DNA of 64,000 bases from Geopsychrobacteraceae bacterium (GCA_963676795.2 CAXXTB010000002.1:2368001-2432000); one strand, 5' to 3'; counted from the stretch's first letter, positions 46,653 to 56,443 are shown. Numbers and translations: made by a program. Notes: generated from the sequence alone by a model not told the origin.

Positions 46653-46997
46653 TTATGAAAATGGCTGGAATTCAGGAGGGGGGCGAATGAAATAAGCAAA
46701 CGCAGGATTCGAAGAAACTGGGAGAAGGCAATCGTGAGCAACGTGAGCGATTGCATAATCGAGAAGAACAGGTTGCGGTGTGAGGGAAGAGGCTGGAAAC
46801 GGTCCGTCAGAGCCATCGCCCCCGGACCAGTAAGGGATATCGCCTGAATCGTCGGCAACCGCCGCGAATTCTGTATCACAGGACTGTACCGGGATATTTT
46901 GCATCCCCCAGAAAGGCTGCATACAGATCAGCAATACGACCGCTGCCGTCCAGACGAGCAGCACAAGAATTCTGTTTATGACAGTTTTAAGATTCAT
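46653..46997 (-). CDS. Possible small exported hypothetical protein
   Basis: ATG start, hydrophobic N-terminus, C-terminal RPP motif; no recognisable family and AT-rich surroundings. Confidence 0.35.
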   Translation of the reverse strand: MNLKTVINRILVLLVWTAAVVLLICMQPFWGMQNIPVQSCDTEFAAVADDSGDIPYWSGGDGSDGPFPASSLTPQPVLLDYAIAHVAHDCLLPVSSNPAFAYFIRPPPEFQPFS

Positions 46998-47192
46998 CTC
47001 ACAACACCATCATTTGTCAAATTCTTCTATCATTGGCGAACCTGATCATGATCACAATCCGCATACGACCTGTCAAGCACCAATCACACAGCTCTATATT
47101 CAGATCAGGCAAGTTTTTGTGTTGCTCAAGGCAAACAGCGCCAGTAATGTTTCAATATTATTTCATTCATTCCCACACCAATGGAGGCCCCT

Positions 47193-47591
47193 ATGCGTAA
47201 AGTACTGCCCGTTGTGATTTTCCTTTCCCTGATCTTCGTCTCTGTCTGCAGTGCTGACAGCATGGCTGAAATGCAGCAGCAGAGCATGAAGCAGATGCAG
47301 CAGATGGCTGACTGCATGACCAAGATCGACCAGCAGAAGCTTCAGGCTCTGGAGAAGCAAGGGATGGAGTTCATGGAAAAGGTCAGAGAGCTCTGCAGCC
47401 AGGGAGAACGGGATCAGGCCGAGCGACTGGCCATCGACTACCATAAAAAGATGGAGAACGACCCAACGGTCAAAGCGCTGGATAAATGCAGTGAAGGGTT
47501 TAAAGCATTCTCGATGAACGGCCTGCCGGGACAGGAGGACGAAGACAAAGACGCCGGCGAAGGTGGTCATATCTGCGATGAACTGGAATAG
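47193..47591 (+). CDS. Exported helical hypothetical protein (Met/Gln-rich, several Cys)
   Basis: GGAGG RBS, signal peptide MRKVLPVVIFLSLIFVSVCSA, genome-like codon usage. Confidence 0.8.
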   Translation: MRKVLPVVIFLSLIFVSVCSADSMAEMQQQSMKQMQQMADCMTKIDQQKLQALEKQGMEFMEKVRELCSQGERDQAERLAIDYHKKMENDPTVKALDKCSEGFKAFSMNGLPGQEDEDKDAGEGGHICDELE

Positions 47592-47672
47592 AGACCTCTC
47601 CAGATTCACGAAACGACTTCTGGACTAGCTTTAATCCTTTCATATGTTTGACCTGAATCAGGCCTGTTTTTT

Positions 47673-47714
47673 TGCGGCCTTCGGATATCGGTATCCGAAG
47701 GCCGCACTCTTTTC
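47673..47714 (+). terminator. Strong hairpin / terminator
   Basis: tgcggccttcggata-tcgg-tatccgaaggccgca followed by ctcttttc. Confidence 0.7.
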
Positions 47715-47796
47715 TCCCCTCAATGGCAAACGATCAGTTGACAGATTCATTAATTTTCAATAATCATAGATTCTATAAATAAAAAATGAGGGGGAA

Positions 47797-49713
47797 ATGA
47801 AAATGACGAACGGAACAACCTATAAAGTTGTTTTCAACGGCGAACTTGCTTTTGACACCGATGAGCAAGAAGCGAAGGCCAATCTTGTCGAAAAATGCAG
47901 ATACCAGCCTGCCGTTGCCGAACGTTTTTTTTCCGGCAGCAAGGTGGTCATCAGGAAGAACCTCGATGCGGAAGCAGCCAACCGCTGTAAAAATTACTTT
48001 TCGCAGATCGGCATCCTGGTCGATATCGTCGACGAGAACCCGCCCCCTCCTCCGCAGCCCGAGTACGATCCGCCCCCCGTCAGCCGGACGATCGTAAACC
48101 AGGGGCGCACCTGCCCGAAGTGTCAGGCAGAAAACCAGCCCGGTGAAATCTGTGACGTCTGCGGACTGATTTTTGCCCGTTTTGAAACGGCCCAATCCCG
48201 CCGCTACAGTCAGGAAGAGCCCCAGGGGGGCGGCCAGTTCGGGGATAATGAAAACGACTCGGGAGATTATCTCGAAAGACACCCGGAACAGCTGTTCCTG
48301 CTCAAGGCGCTGGGCGTTATCATCGTCCTGCTCCTGCTGCAGAATGTCCTGAGAGACTTTCTGCCGATCTTTATCCTGATTTTCCCGATCGGTTTCTTTG
48401 CCTATATCCGCCTTCAGGCCGCCGCCAGTGGCGAATCGACCATGCAGCTACTGAGACAGCACATCACCTTTATGCCGGTCATGTATGCCAAGGAAGAGCG
48501 CAAGCAGCAGTATGTCGCCAAGGCGACCTACATCCTGATTCTGATCAATCTCTTGGTCTTCTATCTGTTCCAGTTGACGGCACCGGAGCAGTTTATCGCC
48601 AACAACCTGATCTTCCTCCCCCTGGAACCGAACGCCGTCAATGTACCACTGAGCCTGCTCAGCGCCCTTTTTCTGCATGGCGGTCATGGCCACCTGTGGG
48701 GGAACATGCTCTTTCTCTGGGCGGTCGGCACGGTTGTCGAACGTAGAATCGGCACCATCCGTTTTGTCATTTTCTACCTGCTCAGTGGCATCGCCGGCAA
48801 CCTGCTCTACCTGGCCAGCTGCGCTGCTATCGGCAACCCCGCGCACATCCTTGGTGCGTCCGGTGCCATTTCCGGGGTCATGGGTCTGTTTGCCGTGCGC
48901 TGTTATTTCAAGAGCATGACCTTTCCACTGCCGATTCTCGGCATCTTTTCGCTGATTTTTCCGGTCAGCCTCAAAGTGACCCTCAATTCACTGGTCATCA
49001 TCGGCCTGTTCGTGCTGGCCGATCTGGGCGGCGGGCTGGAGCAGATTCAGGGCACCAGCCACTCGAACATCGGCCACTTTGCCCACCTCGGCGGGGTTAT
49101 CGCCGGGATCCTGCTCGCCTTCCTGTTCAAAATGAATGAAGAGGCGGTACTGGAAAGACACCTGGAACTCGGCAGCGATGCCGTCGGAGCCAAGATCGGC
49201 AGTGGCAGCACCCAGAAAGGGGAAGAATCTCTGCGCCAGCTACTGAAGAAGGATCCCCAGAACAGCGCTGCGCAGTTGCTGCTCGCCAGGCTGCTCTCCA
49301 AATTCGGCGCCAGCGATGAAGGCCGGAAGCTCTACCAGCAGGTGCTGCCCACTCTGGTTCAGGAGAATCCCGAAGAAGCGATGATCGCCTACCACGAATA
49401 CACCAGGCTGTACCACGAGCAGCTCGCCCCGGACACCCTGTACCGACTGGCGACCATCTATCACCGCCACCAGGATCCGGACATGGCGACCCACTGCCTT
49501 GAACGGGTCTGCCAGAATGACCAGACCCAGCCGCTGATTCTGGAAAAATCTCTGTTCCAGTGTGGCAGGATCCTGGAGAGCCAACAGCTCTATGACGCGG
49601 CCGCAGATTATTACCAACGCTGTATCGACAGATTCCCGACCTCCTCACTGGGACAGAAAGCTCAAGTACGGCTCAACCAGATGAGCACAGAGGCTTCTCC
49701 GGCGGTCGTTTAA
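47797..49713 (+). CDS. Rhomboid intramembrane serine protease with N-terminal zinc ribbon and C-terminal TPR-like region
   Basis: FLHGG..HLWGNM, GASGAISG (Ser), AHLGG (His); CPKC...CDVC; helical repeat C-terminus. Confidence 0.9.
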   Translation: MKMTNGTTYKVVFNGELAFDTDEQEAKANLVEKCRYQPAVAERFFSGSKVVIRKNLDAEAANRCKNYFSQIGILVDIVDENPPPPPQPEYDPPPVSRTIVNQGRTCPKCQAENQPGEICDVCGLIFARFETAQSRRYSQEEPQGGGQFGDNENDSGDYLERHPEQLFLLKALGVIIVLLLLQNVLRDFLPIFILIFPIGFFAYIRLQAAASGESTMQLLRQHITFMPVMYAKEERKQQYVAKATYILILINLLVFYLFQLTAPEQFIANNLIFLPLEPNAVNVPLSLLSALFLHGGHGHLWGNMLFLWAVGTVVERRIGTIRFVIFYLLSGIAGNLLYLASCAAIGNPAHILGASGAISGVMGLFAVRCYFKSMTFPLPILGIFSLIFPVSLKVTLNSLVIIGLFVLADLGGGLEQIQGTSHSNIGHFAHLGGVIAGILLAFLFKMNEEAVLERHLELGSDAVGAKIGSGSTQKGEESLRQLLKKDPQNSAAQLLLARLLSKFGASDEGRKLYQQVLPTLVQENPEEAMIAYHEYTRLYHEQLAPDTLYRLATIYHRHQDPDMATHCLERVCQNDQTQPLILEKSLFQCGRILESQQLYDAAADYYQRCIDRFPTSSLGQKAQVRLNQMSTEASPAVV

Positions 49714-49811
49714 CCATCCCCGTTCGGCTCAGTTGAAACGGTGGATTCGAGCGCAAATTCGGCTGACCAGTTTTATTGTTTACTGCCCTGAGAATGTCGT
49801 CTAGAATTCCA

Positions 49812-50328
49812 AATTCTCAGAAGCTGAAAAACACAGCCTCTGCCTCAATCATTAATCCATAATCCGGTTCTGCCCGTTGATGAGCGCAGCTCATCTTGAG
49901 GCGCATTCCGTTTTGCTGGCATGAACCAACAGGACATGGCACGAGCGACTTAGGTCGTTATTAAAGAGTTTCCTTTGCTTCCTTTCCTTTACGATTAAAG
50001 AAAAGGAAGTCGTCTGGCGGGACGAGACCCGCCGGTTCTGGTTCTGATGTTTTAAATTTAAAGTCAAAACCACGGGGTCACGCCCCCGTACGGCGCCCTC
50101 CTTTTGGCCTGGGCTCCAAATGGAGGCAAAAACGCCCTTTTAGAACTGACGAAGATTGGTAAAACTTTCTTCGTAGTTTCCGGACAACATTTGACAACGC
50201 GCCCGACGATGAGCTGCGCTCATCTGATGGGCAGAATCGAAAAAACTCAGCAAAGCTGAGTTTCGATATAAACCAATTGGAACAAGCCCCACACTGTCAT
50301 CCGGGGGGTGTCTACAGTTCTGAGAATT
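49812..50328. repeat. Non-coding nested inverted-repeat element (MITE/REP-like)
   Basis: Outer IR aattctcagaa(g)ctg / cagttctgagaatt; inner IR 49868-49904 vs 50199-50236 with an exact 17-nt core; two back-to-back double-hairpin units in the centre. Confidence 0.6.
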
Positions 50329-50377
50329 CGTATTCTTATTTTTATTGAAATCAATTTTTCCAAAGGGCTTTAAACCA

Positions 50378-51760
50378 ATGAACGTAACCAATGTCTCGAT
50401 CCTTCCGACCGAAGCAGCGACACGGGCGCAGCGTCCGGCGTTAACCCCCGAACTTCTGGCCGCCAGCGGTGCCCGTTATTCACGGAATAACGAAGGGCTG
50501 GGAGCGATTCTGGACAAGATTGATACCAACAACCTGGACAAGTCGGTCGACAGCATCTTCAAAATGATCGACTATGGTCATCAGTCGATCGCCGATATGG
50601 CCCCGGTCGCCATGTTCATCGACGACATTTCGATTCTGCTCGCCTACCTGGTCTGGAGCTGGTGTCCGACCGCCGGCGGCCAGGAATCGTCGACCCGCTA
50701 TATTCAGCTCGACCGTTCAGGACTGGTCGAACCCGATCTGTTCGGTCTGCCACAAGAGCAGCATGCCGAGTGGTACGCCTTCATGGATGACTGCTTCGAT
50801 GCCTACGCTTCGGCACTCTCCTTCTGGGACCGGATCGGCAGCGAAAACTTCGAACTGACCGGCATACCGCAGAGCCTTCTCGATGACCCCAGTGACAAGG
50901 CCCAAAAGCAGATTGCCCGCATGAAGCGTAACTACGCCTTCGACCGGGCACGCTATTTTCTGCCGGTTGCTGCAAAAACCAACATCATGCTGGTCATGTC
51001 ATCACGCGGCTGGACCCAGCTCTGCCAGAACCTGCTTTCACACTGGCTGCCTGAAGCACATATGCTGGGTAAAAAAATCAGGGAGGAACTGGAGCTGAGT
51101 GCCCCGCGGATGGTCAAACACGCTGAACAGAAGCCTTCCTACAAGGCCGGCCTCGACAAGGAGTTTGCAATCAACGCCCAGCAAGCCAGGGACATCAAAC
51201 TGAGCGACGAAGAATCTTCCTGCGATGCAACAACAGAGCTGCTGCTACCGGCGGGAATCAGCGAAGCCGATCTGGTTGAAGCCCTGGCTGAACATGACAA
51301 CCGTTACGCCTATATCGGCTCCGCGGCCTGCCGGACAGCGGTCCGGGCCAGCTGGAAAGCGATGGCGATTGCCGAAATCCGTGACCTGAACCGGCACAGA
51401 ACCGGGCAGAAATACTGTCCGCTGATTCCGGTCGGCTTTTATTGCGCCAAGGAACAGTTGCCGAACGGAACGCACCTGAAGGAAAAACATTCCCGGATCG
51501 GGGTGCGCTCAACAGCAACCAGTCGCAGCCTGCTGGCAGAGCAAGCTCCGGGCTACGCTGCCTGGCTGCTGCTCGGATCGCAGTTCCGCTTCGAACACAC
51601 AACCACCCTCGACAAGTTCATCTACGAAGCCGAGCTGCGTACCGGGACCGGTGCCCACTACAAATACGCTGCTCACCTGCGCGATGCGGTGCTGGCGTTA
51701 AAAGATGACTACCCATTGTTATCTGCGGCGATCCCGCTTGGCACGGCTGAACCGGAATGA
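50378..51760 (+). CDS. thyX: Double-length FAD-dependent thymidylate synthase-like protein
   Basis: YGHQSIAD, QESSTRY and DRARYFLP in the N-half; RDLNRHR and ELRT...H..Y in the C-half. Confidence 0.72.
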   Translation: MNVTNVSILPTEAATRAQRPALTPELLAASGARYSRNNEGLGAILDKIDTNNLDKSVDSIFKMIDYGHQSIADMAPVAMFIDDISILLAYLVWSWCPTAGGQESSTRYIQLDRSGLVEPDLFGLPQEQHAEWYAFMDDCFDAYASALSFWDRIGSENFELTGIPQSLLDDPSDKAQKQIARMKRNYAFDRARYFLPVAAKTNIMLVMSSRGWTQLCQNLLSHWLPEAHMLGKKIREELELSAPRMVKHAEQKPSYKAGLDKEFAINAQQARDIKLSDEESSCDATTELLLPAGISEADLVEALAEHDNRYAYIGSAACRTAVRASWKAMAIAEIRDLNRHRTGQKYCPLIPVGFYCAKEQLPNGTHLKEKHSRIGVRSTATSRSLLAEQAPGYAAWLLLGSQFRFEHTTTLDKFIYEAELRTGTGAHYKYAAHLRDAVLALKDDYPLLSAAIPLGTAEPE

Positions 51761-53401
51761 TCAGAGCGATCTGGAGCTGGCCTCAGAAACGGCCTGCTCC
51801 AGATCGACAAAACGAAATGGCTTGGCGACAGCTGCGGCAAAGCCGTATGACCTGTATTCGGCCATCAACTCATCATTGACATAGCCGCTGGTGACAATAA
51901 TGCGCGCCTCGGGATTGAGTTTCCAGATTTCGCGCGACGCCTGCCAGCCACCGACCCCTTCAGAGACAACCAGGTCCATAACCACCAGCTCCGGCGGGTT
52001 GCCTTTATCCAGCTCCTGCTGATAGAGCTGAACCGCGACGTTGCCATCCGCGGCCTGCAGAATCTCATAACCCATCTCACGCAGCATCTCAGCCAGCATG
52101 AAGCGGACGATCTCTTCATCATCCATGACCAGCGCGCTGCGGTACTCCCGAGCCGCCTGGTCACTATCTTCAGGTTCTTCTTCGGCAGCAACCCGGGCAT
52201 CGGGATGAGCCGGAAGAGAAATAACGAAGGTCGTTCCCTCGCCTAGCCGGGAGCTCACCTCTATCGTCCCGTCATGACGGGCGATGATCGATTGGGTCGA
52301 GGCCAGGCCGAGACCCGTTCCGGTTTTCTTGGTGGTAAAGTAGGGTTCGAAGATATTGGCCAGATCCTCTTTTGCAATACCGACGCCATGATCCTTGACA
52401 CTGATCTGGACAAAGGGATTCCCTCTGGCGTCCCTGACGTTATTCAGAGAGAGAGTCACCATCCCCCCGTTAGACATGGCCTGCTGGGCGTTGAGAACCA
52501 GGTTGGTAACAACCTGAGTGAGCTGCCCCTGGTCAGCCAACACCGGCCAGAGGTTCTCATCGGCTTCAAAGACCAGGGAATATTTATCCAGCTTGAGAAT
52601 GAAGTTCGCACTTTCCCGGAGCAGTTCCGTCAAGTGTACCAGGTCCTTCTGGCTCTCTTCCCCCCCCTTGGCAAAATTCATCAACTGGCTGGTCAGGGTC
52701 GAGGCATTATCCAGAGCCTTCAGGGCGGAATCAAGCAACCGGGCGGAGACATGTCCTGCCGGAAGCTGCATGCGAGCCATCTCGATATTGCCGAACAGGC
52801 CCGTCAGCAGGTTATTGAAATCATGGGCAATGCCACCGGCAAAGACGCCGAGGGTTTCAAACCTTTTCAGCTGAGTCTGCTTTTCTTCCGCCTCTTTGAG
52901 GGCCGTCACATCCTGAACAAAACACTCCAGATAGGCGTCCTCAGCGGTTCTCCGGATCGAAGCATTGAGCATGACATCGATCTGCACATCGTCAGCCGTT
53001 CGGAAACGGGTTTCAAAGGCGATGACCGATTCTTCCCGGCGCAGCGCCTCCCATAGAGCCTTATAGCTATTTGGGTCGACAAAAAGATCGGCCAGGGTAG
53101 CTCCGGAACAGAGGGTGTCAGCGGTGGGATAGCGGCAGAGGGCTACCATGGCCGGATTGGCGACAACAATCCGGCCGTCCAGACGAGCCTGAAAGATTCC
53201 ACTCAGTGCTTCGGAGAAGATACGTTCATACCTGTTTTTCTCTTCCCTGAGTTCCTCCATCTTGACCTGAAGCTCAGGATAGTAGCTCTTACGCGCGGAA
53301 AAACTGCCGAGGCCGATAATGCTGTCGACCTGATCCTGGGTATCGGCTTCATAATCAGGGTTGGACTCAGAAAAACCTTTGGTATCTTCAGGGCTCGACA
53401 T
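51761..53401 (-). CDS. Cytoplasmic PAS hybrid sensor kinase, ErcS-like
   Basis: N-terminal IIGLG..SARKSYYPEL motif, PAS, GGIAHDFNN, NLVLNA, GTGLGL, receiver domain. Confidence 0.88.
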   Translation of the reverse strand: MSSPEDTKGFSESNPDYEADTQDQVDSIIGLGSFSARKSYYPELQVKMEELREEKNRYERIFSEALSGIFQARLDGRIVVANPAMVALCRYPTADTLCSGATLADLFVDPNSYKALWEALRREESVIAFETRFRTADDVQIDVMLNASIRRTAEDAYLECFVQDVTALKEAEEKQTQLKRFETLGVFAGGIAHDFNNLLTGLFGNIEMARMQLPAGHVSARLLDSALKALDNASTLTSQLMNFAKGGEESQKDLVHLTELLRESANFILKLDKYSLVFEADENLWPVLADQGQLTQVVTNLVLNAQQAMSNGGMVTLSLNNVRDARGNPFVQISVKDHGVGIAKEDLANIFEPYFTTKKTGTGLGLASTQSIIARHDGTIEVSSRLGEGTTFVISLPAHPDARVAAEEEPEDSDQAAREYRSALVMDDEEIVRFMLAEMLREMGYEILQAADGNVAVQLYQQELDKGNPPELVVMDLVVSEGVGGWQASREIWKLNPEARIIVTSGYVNDELMAEYRSYGFAAAVAKPFRFVDLEQAVSEASSRSL

Positions 53402-53420
53402 AGCAGCGTATCAACTCAGG

Positions 53421-54581
53421 TTACAAGGCTTCGCGGTAGATAACTTCAAGGTCTGCCTTGCTGGCCCGGCGTGGATTGGTCAGCATACAGGCATCGCTGA
53501 TCGCTTTTCTGGAAAGATCGGACAGATCGGCCCCCTTGACCCCCTTGAAGCCCAGGGTATTGGCGACACCCGCGCGCTTTTTCAGATCAAGAACCTGAGC
53601 CATCAGTCTGGACTTGATTTCGCGGCTGTTGAGACCACGCACATCCACCCCGAAGGCTTCGGCGATAATCTTGAACTTATCGATCGATGCGTCATAATTG
53701 AAATCGATGACATGTTCCAGCAACATGGCGTTACATTCCCCGTGAGCGAGATCAAGGAAACCGCCGAGACTGTGCGCCATGGCATGGACAGCACCGAGAC
53801 TGGCGTTGGAAAAGGCCAGTCCGGCTTTCATACTGCCGAGCATCAGTTTTTCCCGAAGCTCCAGATCGTTCGGTGTTTTCAACGCTTGCTCCAGGTTGAA
53901 ACAGACCAACTGAATCGCCTCCAGAGCCGAGGCATCGGTCAGAACCCCGCTGCCCGTCGAAACATAGGCCTCAACGGCGTGAGTCAAGGCATCGAGAGCT
54001 GTGCAGGCGGTCAGGAAGTCCGATTTAGTCGTAGTTGTCTCCGGGTCGATCAGGGCGACATCCGGAACGATCGCTTTACTGACGATGGCGACCTTCTTGA
54101 ATTCCTGACGATTGGACAGGATGCAGAACTGCGAAACATCCGCCGAAGTTCCGGCCGTTGTCGGCACGAAGATCATCGGCGGAACCGGCTGACAAATCTT
54201 GTCAACCCCTTCAAAGTTGAGAATATCAGCCCGATTGGTCGACACAATACCGATCCCCTTGGCACAGTCCATCGGGCTGCCACCGCCGATCGATACGATG
54301 ACATCGCAACCTTCCCGCTCGTAAAGAGCCGCGCCTGCCATGACTTCGGTACTGCGCGGATTCGGCGTCACATCAGCAAAAACCACGTAAGCGATACCGA
54401 CATCATCGAGGCTTTTCTTGACATCGTCCAGCCACGGCGTCGCGGCCACCCCCGCATCGGTCACCAGCATAACCTTGGTCGCCATGAATTGTTTCGCATA
54501 ACGGCCAACAAAGTTCCGTGAGCCGACGCCAAAGATAATCTCGGGAGCGACAAATTTACGCAGTGCGGACGGTCCAGCCAT
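53421..54581 (-). CDS. ercA: Iron-containing alcohol dehydrogenase-like regulatory protein, ErcA-like
   Basis: LRKFVAPEIIFG, GGGSPMDCAKGI, PTTAGTSADVSQF, DALTHA.E, HAMAHSLGG..DL.HGECN; directly upstream of the ErcS-like kinase. Confidence 0.82.
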   Translation of the reverse strand: MAGPSALRKFVAPEIIFGVGSRNFVGRYAKQFMATKVMLVTDAGVAATPWLDDVKKSLDDVGIAYVVFADVTPNPRSTEVMAGAALYEREGCDVIVSIGGGSPMDCAKGIGIVSTNRADILNFEGVDKICQPVPPMIFVPTTAGTSADVSQFCILSNRQEFKKVAIVSKAIVPDVALIDPETTTTKSDFLTACTALDALTHAVEAYVSTGSGVLTDASALEAIQLVCFNLEQALKTPNDLELREKLMLGSMKAGLAFSNASLGAVHAMAHSLGGFLDLAHGECNAMLLEHVIDFNYDASIDKFKIIAEAFGVDVRGLNSREIKSRLMAQVLDLKKRAGVANTLGFKGVKGADLSDLSRKAISDACMLTNPRRASKADLEVIYREAL

Positions 54582-54698
54582 AAGAGTCTCCTTCACAAGT
54601 CTTCGCAGCATACCCGGAATTCAAGCAGGTATCGCGAACAGCCCCCCCTGGATCGTATAAATAACAGTATAACAATCGTTGCTCAGAATGCTTTAAAT

Positions 54699-55553
54699 CT
54701 ATTTTCCCAATGCGCTGATAACGCCACGCACAGCAGCCGGAATATCCGCCGGCAGCACAACCAGCTTGGCATTGTTCGAATCAGCCATCTTGCGCATCGA
54801 CTCGATGTATTTCTCACCGAGAATGAACATGGCGGGAAGTTCGTTCCCCTGGATCGCCTGGGTGACATTGTCGATGGCGGTCTGACTGGCCTGAGCGAGG
54901 ACAACCTTGGCCTCGGCATCGCGCCGTGAAGCTTCGAGACGTCCTTCCGCCTCAAGAATAGCCGCGGTTTTCTCACCGTCGGCACGGGTAACTGTCGCCC
55001 GGCGCTGACGTTCAGCCGCAGCCTGCTCTTCCATCGCCTTCTGCATCGTCTGCGAAGGGGTGATATCCTGAATCTCGACCGTCTTCAGCGTAATCCCCCA
55101 GTCGGCGATATCTTCAGAAATACTGATCTTCAACTTGGTCTTGATTTCATCCCGTGAAGACAGCGCATCATCCAGGCCCATTTCACCGATGATCGAACGC
55201 AGCGAGGTTTGTACCAGGTTCCTGATCGCCAGACGGTAGTCCTCGACGCCATAGACCGCTTTTTCAGGCGAGACGATATTGATGTAGGCCACGGCGTTGG
55301 CGATGATCACAACGTTATCGCGGGTGATGACCTCCTGCGAGGGGATATCGAGAACGATATCCTTGGTCGTCGCCTTGTAGGCAACGCTGTCGATATAAGG
55401 CACGATGATATTCAGTCCGGGGTTCAGTGTCTTGTGATATTTCCCCAGCCGCTGAACGACGTGCTTTGAGCCCTGCGGGACAATACGCACCCCCAGACCA
55501 ATCGTCATGATAACAAGAAACGCCAGGACCAGCACAACAATAAGACCAGCCAT
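54699..55553 (-). CDS. SPFH/band-7 (QmcA-like) protein
   Basis: VQRLGKY...L.PGL, QEVITRDN, LRSIIGEM.LD..LS.R, AERQRRA...A.G.K.A.IL.AEG. Confidence 0.95.
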   Translation of the reverse strand: MAGLIVVLVLAFLVIMTIGLGVRIVPQGSKHVVQRLGKYHKTLNPGLNIIVPYIDSVAYKATTKDIVLDIPSQEVITRDNVVIIANAVAYINIVSPEKAVYGVEDYRLAIRNLVQTSLRSIIGEMGLDDALSSRDEIKTKLKISISEDIADWGITLKTVEIQDITPSQTMQKAMEEQAAAERQRRATVTRADGEKTAAILEAEGRLEASRRDAEAKVVLAQASQTAIDNVTQAIQGNELPAMFILGEKYIESMRKMADSNNAKLVVLPADIPAAVRGVISALGK

Positions 55554-55583
55554 AAAAACCCCCGTATTATCGGTTAATGATGT

Positions 55584-56045
55584 TCAGTTGATTCGTTTTT
55601 CGACGACCAGTGTATTCCCGGAAATATCAATAACATAAACCCGATCACCGACAGCAACCTCCTGCTGGCAGTAAAAGGGCCATTCCTCCGAACCGAGCAG
55701 CGGAGTTGCAAAACGGACATAGCCGTTCTGGTTTTCAACGGGCGCCTTGATGACCTGCCCGCTCTCGCCCAGAATCGCTTCTTTGGCCATCCCCGCCTTG
55801 GTCCGATCGGCCATGAACGGCTTGAAGAAACGAAACCAGAGGATGGTAAAAATAACCGATGAGATCACCCAGAGCAGGAGCTGAGCGGTAAAGCCCAGTG
55901 CCGGAAAGGCCAGCAGGATCAGTCCGACAAGCAGCCCCCCAAGTCCGAACCAGAAGGAAATGAAGCTCGGTAACAGCATTTCCGCAATCAGCAGAATCAT
56001 GCCGAAGACCAACCAGTGCCAATACAGGACCTGAACTTCCATCAT
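55584..56045 (-). CDS. NfeD-family (YbbJ-like) membrane protein
   Basis: W.WL..G..L.IAE, C-terminal OB fold (G..EW...V.V..I.GN.L.V); adjacent to the SPFH gene. Confidence 0.9.
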   Translation of the reverse strand: MMEVQVLYWHWLVFGMILLIAEMLLPSFISFWFGLGGLLVGLILLAFPALGFTAQLLLWVISSVIFTILWFRFFKPFMADRTKAGMAKEAILGESGQVIKAPVENQNGYVRFATPLLGSEEWPFYCQQEVAVGDRVYVIDISGNTLVVEKRIN

Positions 56046-56206
56046 ACCTCACAATTCGCGGTTGAAAAAAAGGGGAACATTTCTGCAGTTTAGCACCATG
56101 GTATTCAATGAGTAACAACTGCTGACGTTTATTCAAGAAGATATTATATAGGAATAATCGATAAATAAACAAAATATAAAATCTTTCTCATGACAATGGA
56201 GAAAAT

Positions 56207-56443
56207 ATGAAAAAATTACTTCTCACGGTTTTCCTGCTTACCATCGGCACATCATACGCCTGCGCGGCGCCACAGGGACCTCCGGCCAATGACGAGCTGG
56301 GCAAAGCACTTCAGGAATGTATAGCTGCGTCCGCCAAGGACTCAAACGGACACCCCGACCGCGCTGCAGTCGATCAATGTATGACTAACAAAGGGTTCCG
56401 CAAACCGGCAGGCCGTCCCGGTTCGGAACCGCCGCAACAATAA
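56207..56443 (+). CDS. Small exported hypothetical protein with a Cys pair
   Basis: GGAG RBS, signal peptide MKKLLL..., ECIAA...DQCM..KGF; followed by a GAGCCCC/GGGGCTC hairpin. Confidence 0.75.
   Translation: MKKLLLTVFLLTIGTSYACAAPQGPPANDELGKALQECIAASAKDSNGHPDRAAVDQCMTNKGFRKPAGRPGSEPPQQ

Noticed and set aside
49974..50130. HDV-like ribozyme reading of the double-hairpin units
   Set aside because: The loop partly resembles L3 and CAAA resembles J4/2, but I could not form the P1/P2 nested pseudoknot.
53361..54521. 386-aa plus-strand ORF
   Set aside because: Antisense shadow of the ErcA-like gene.
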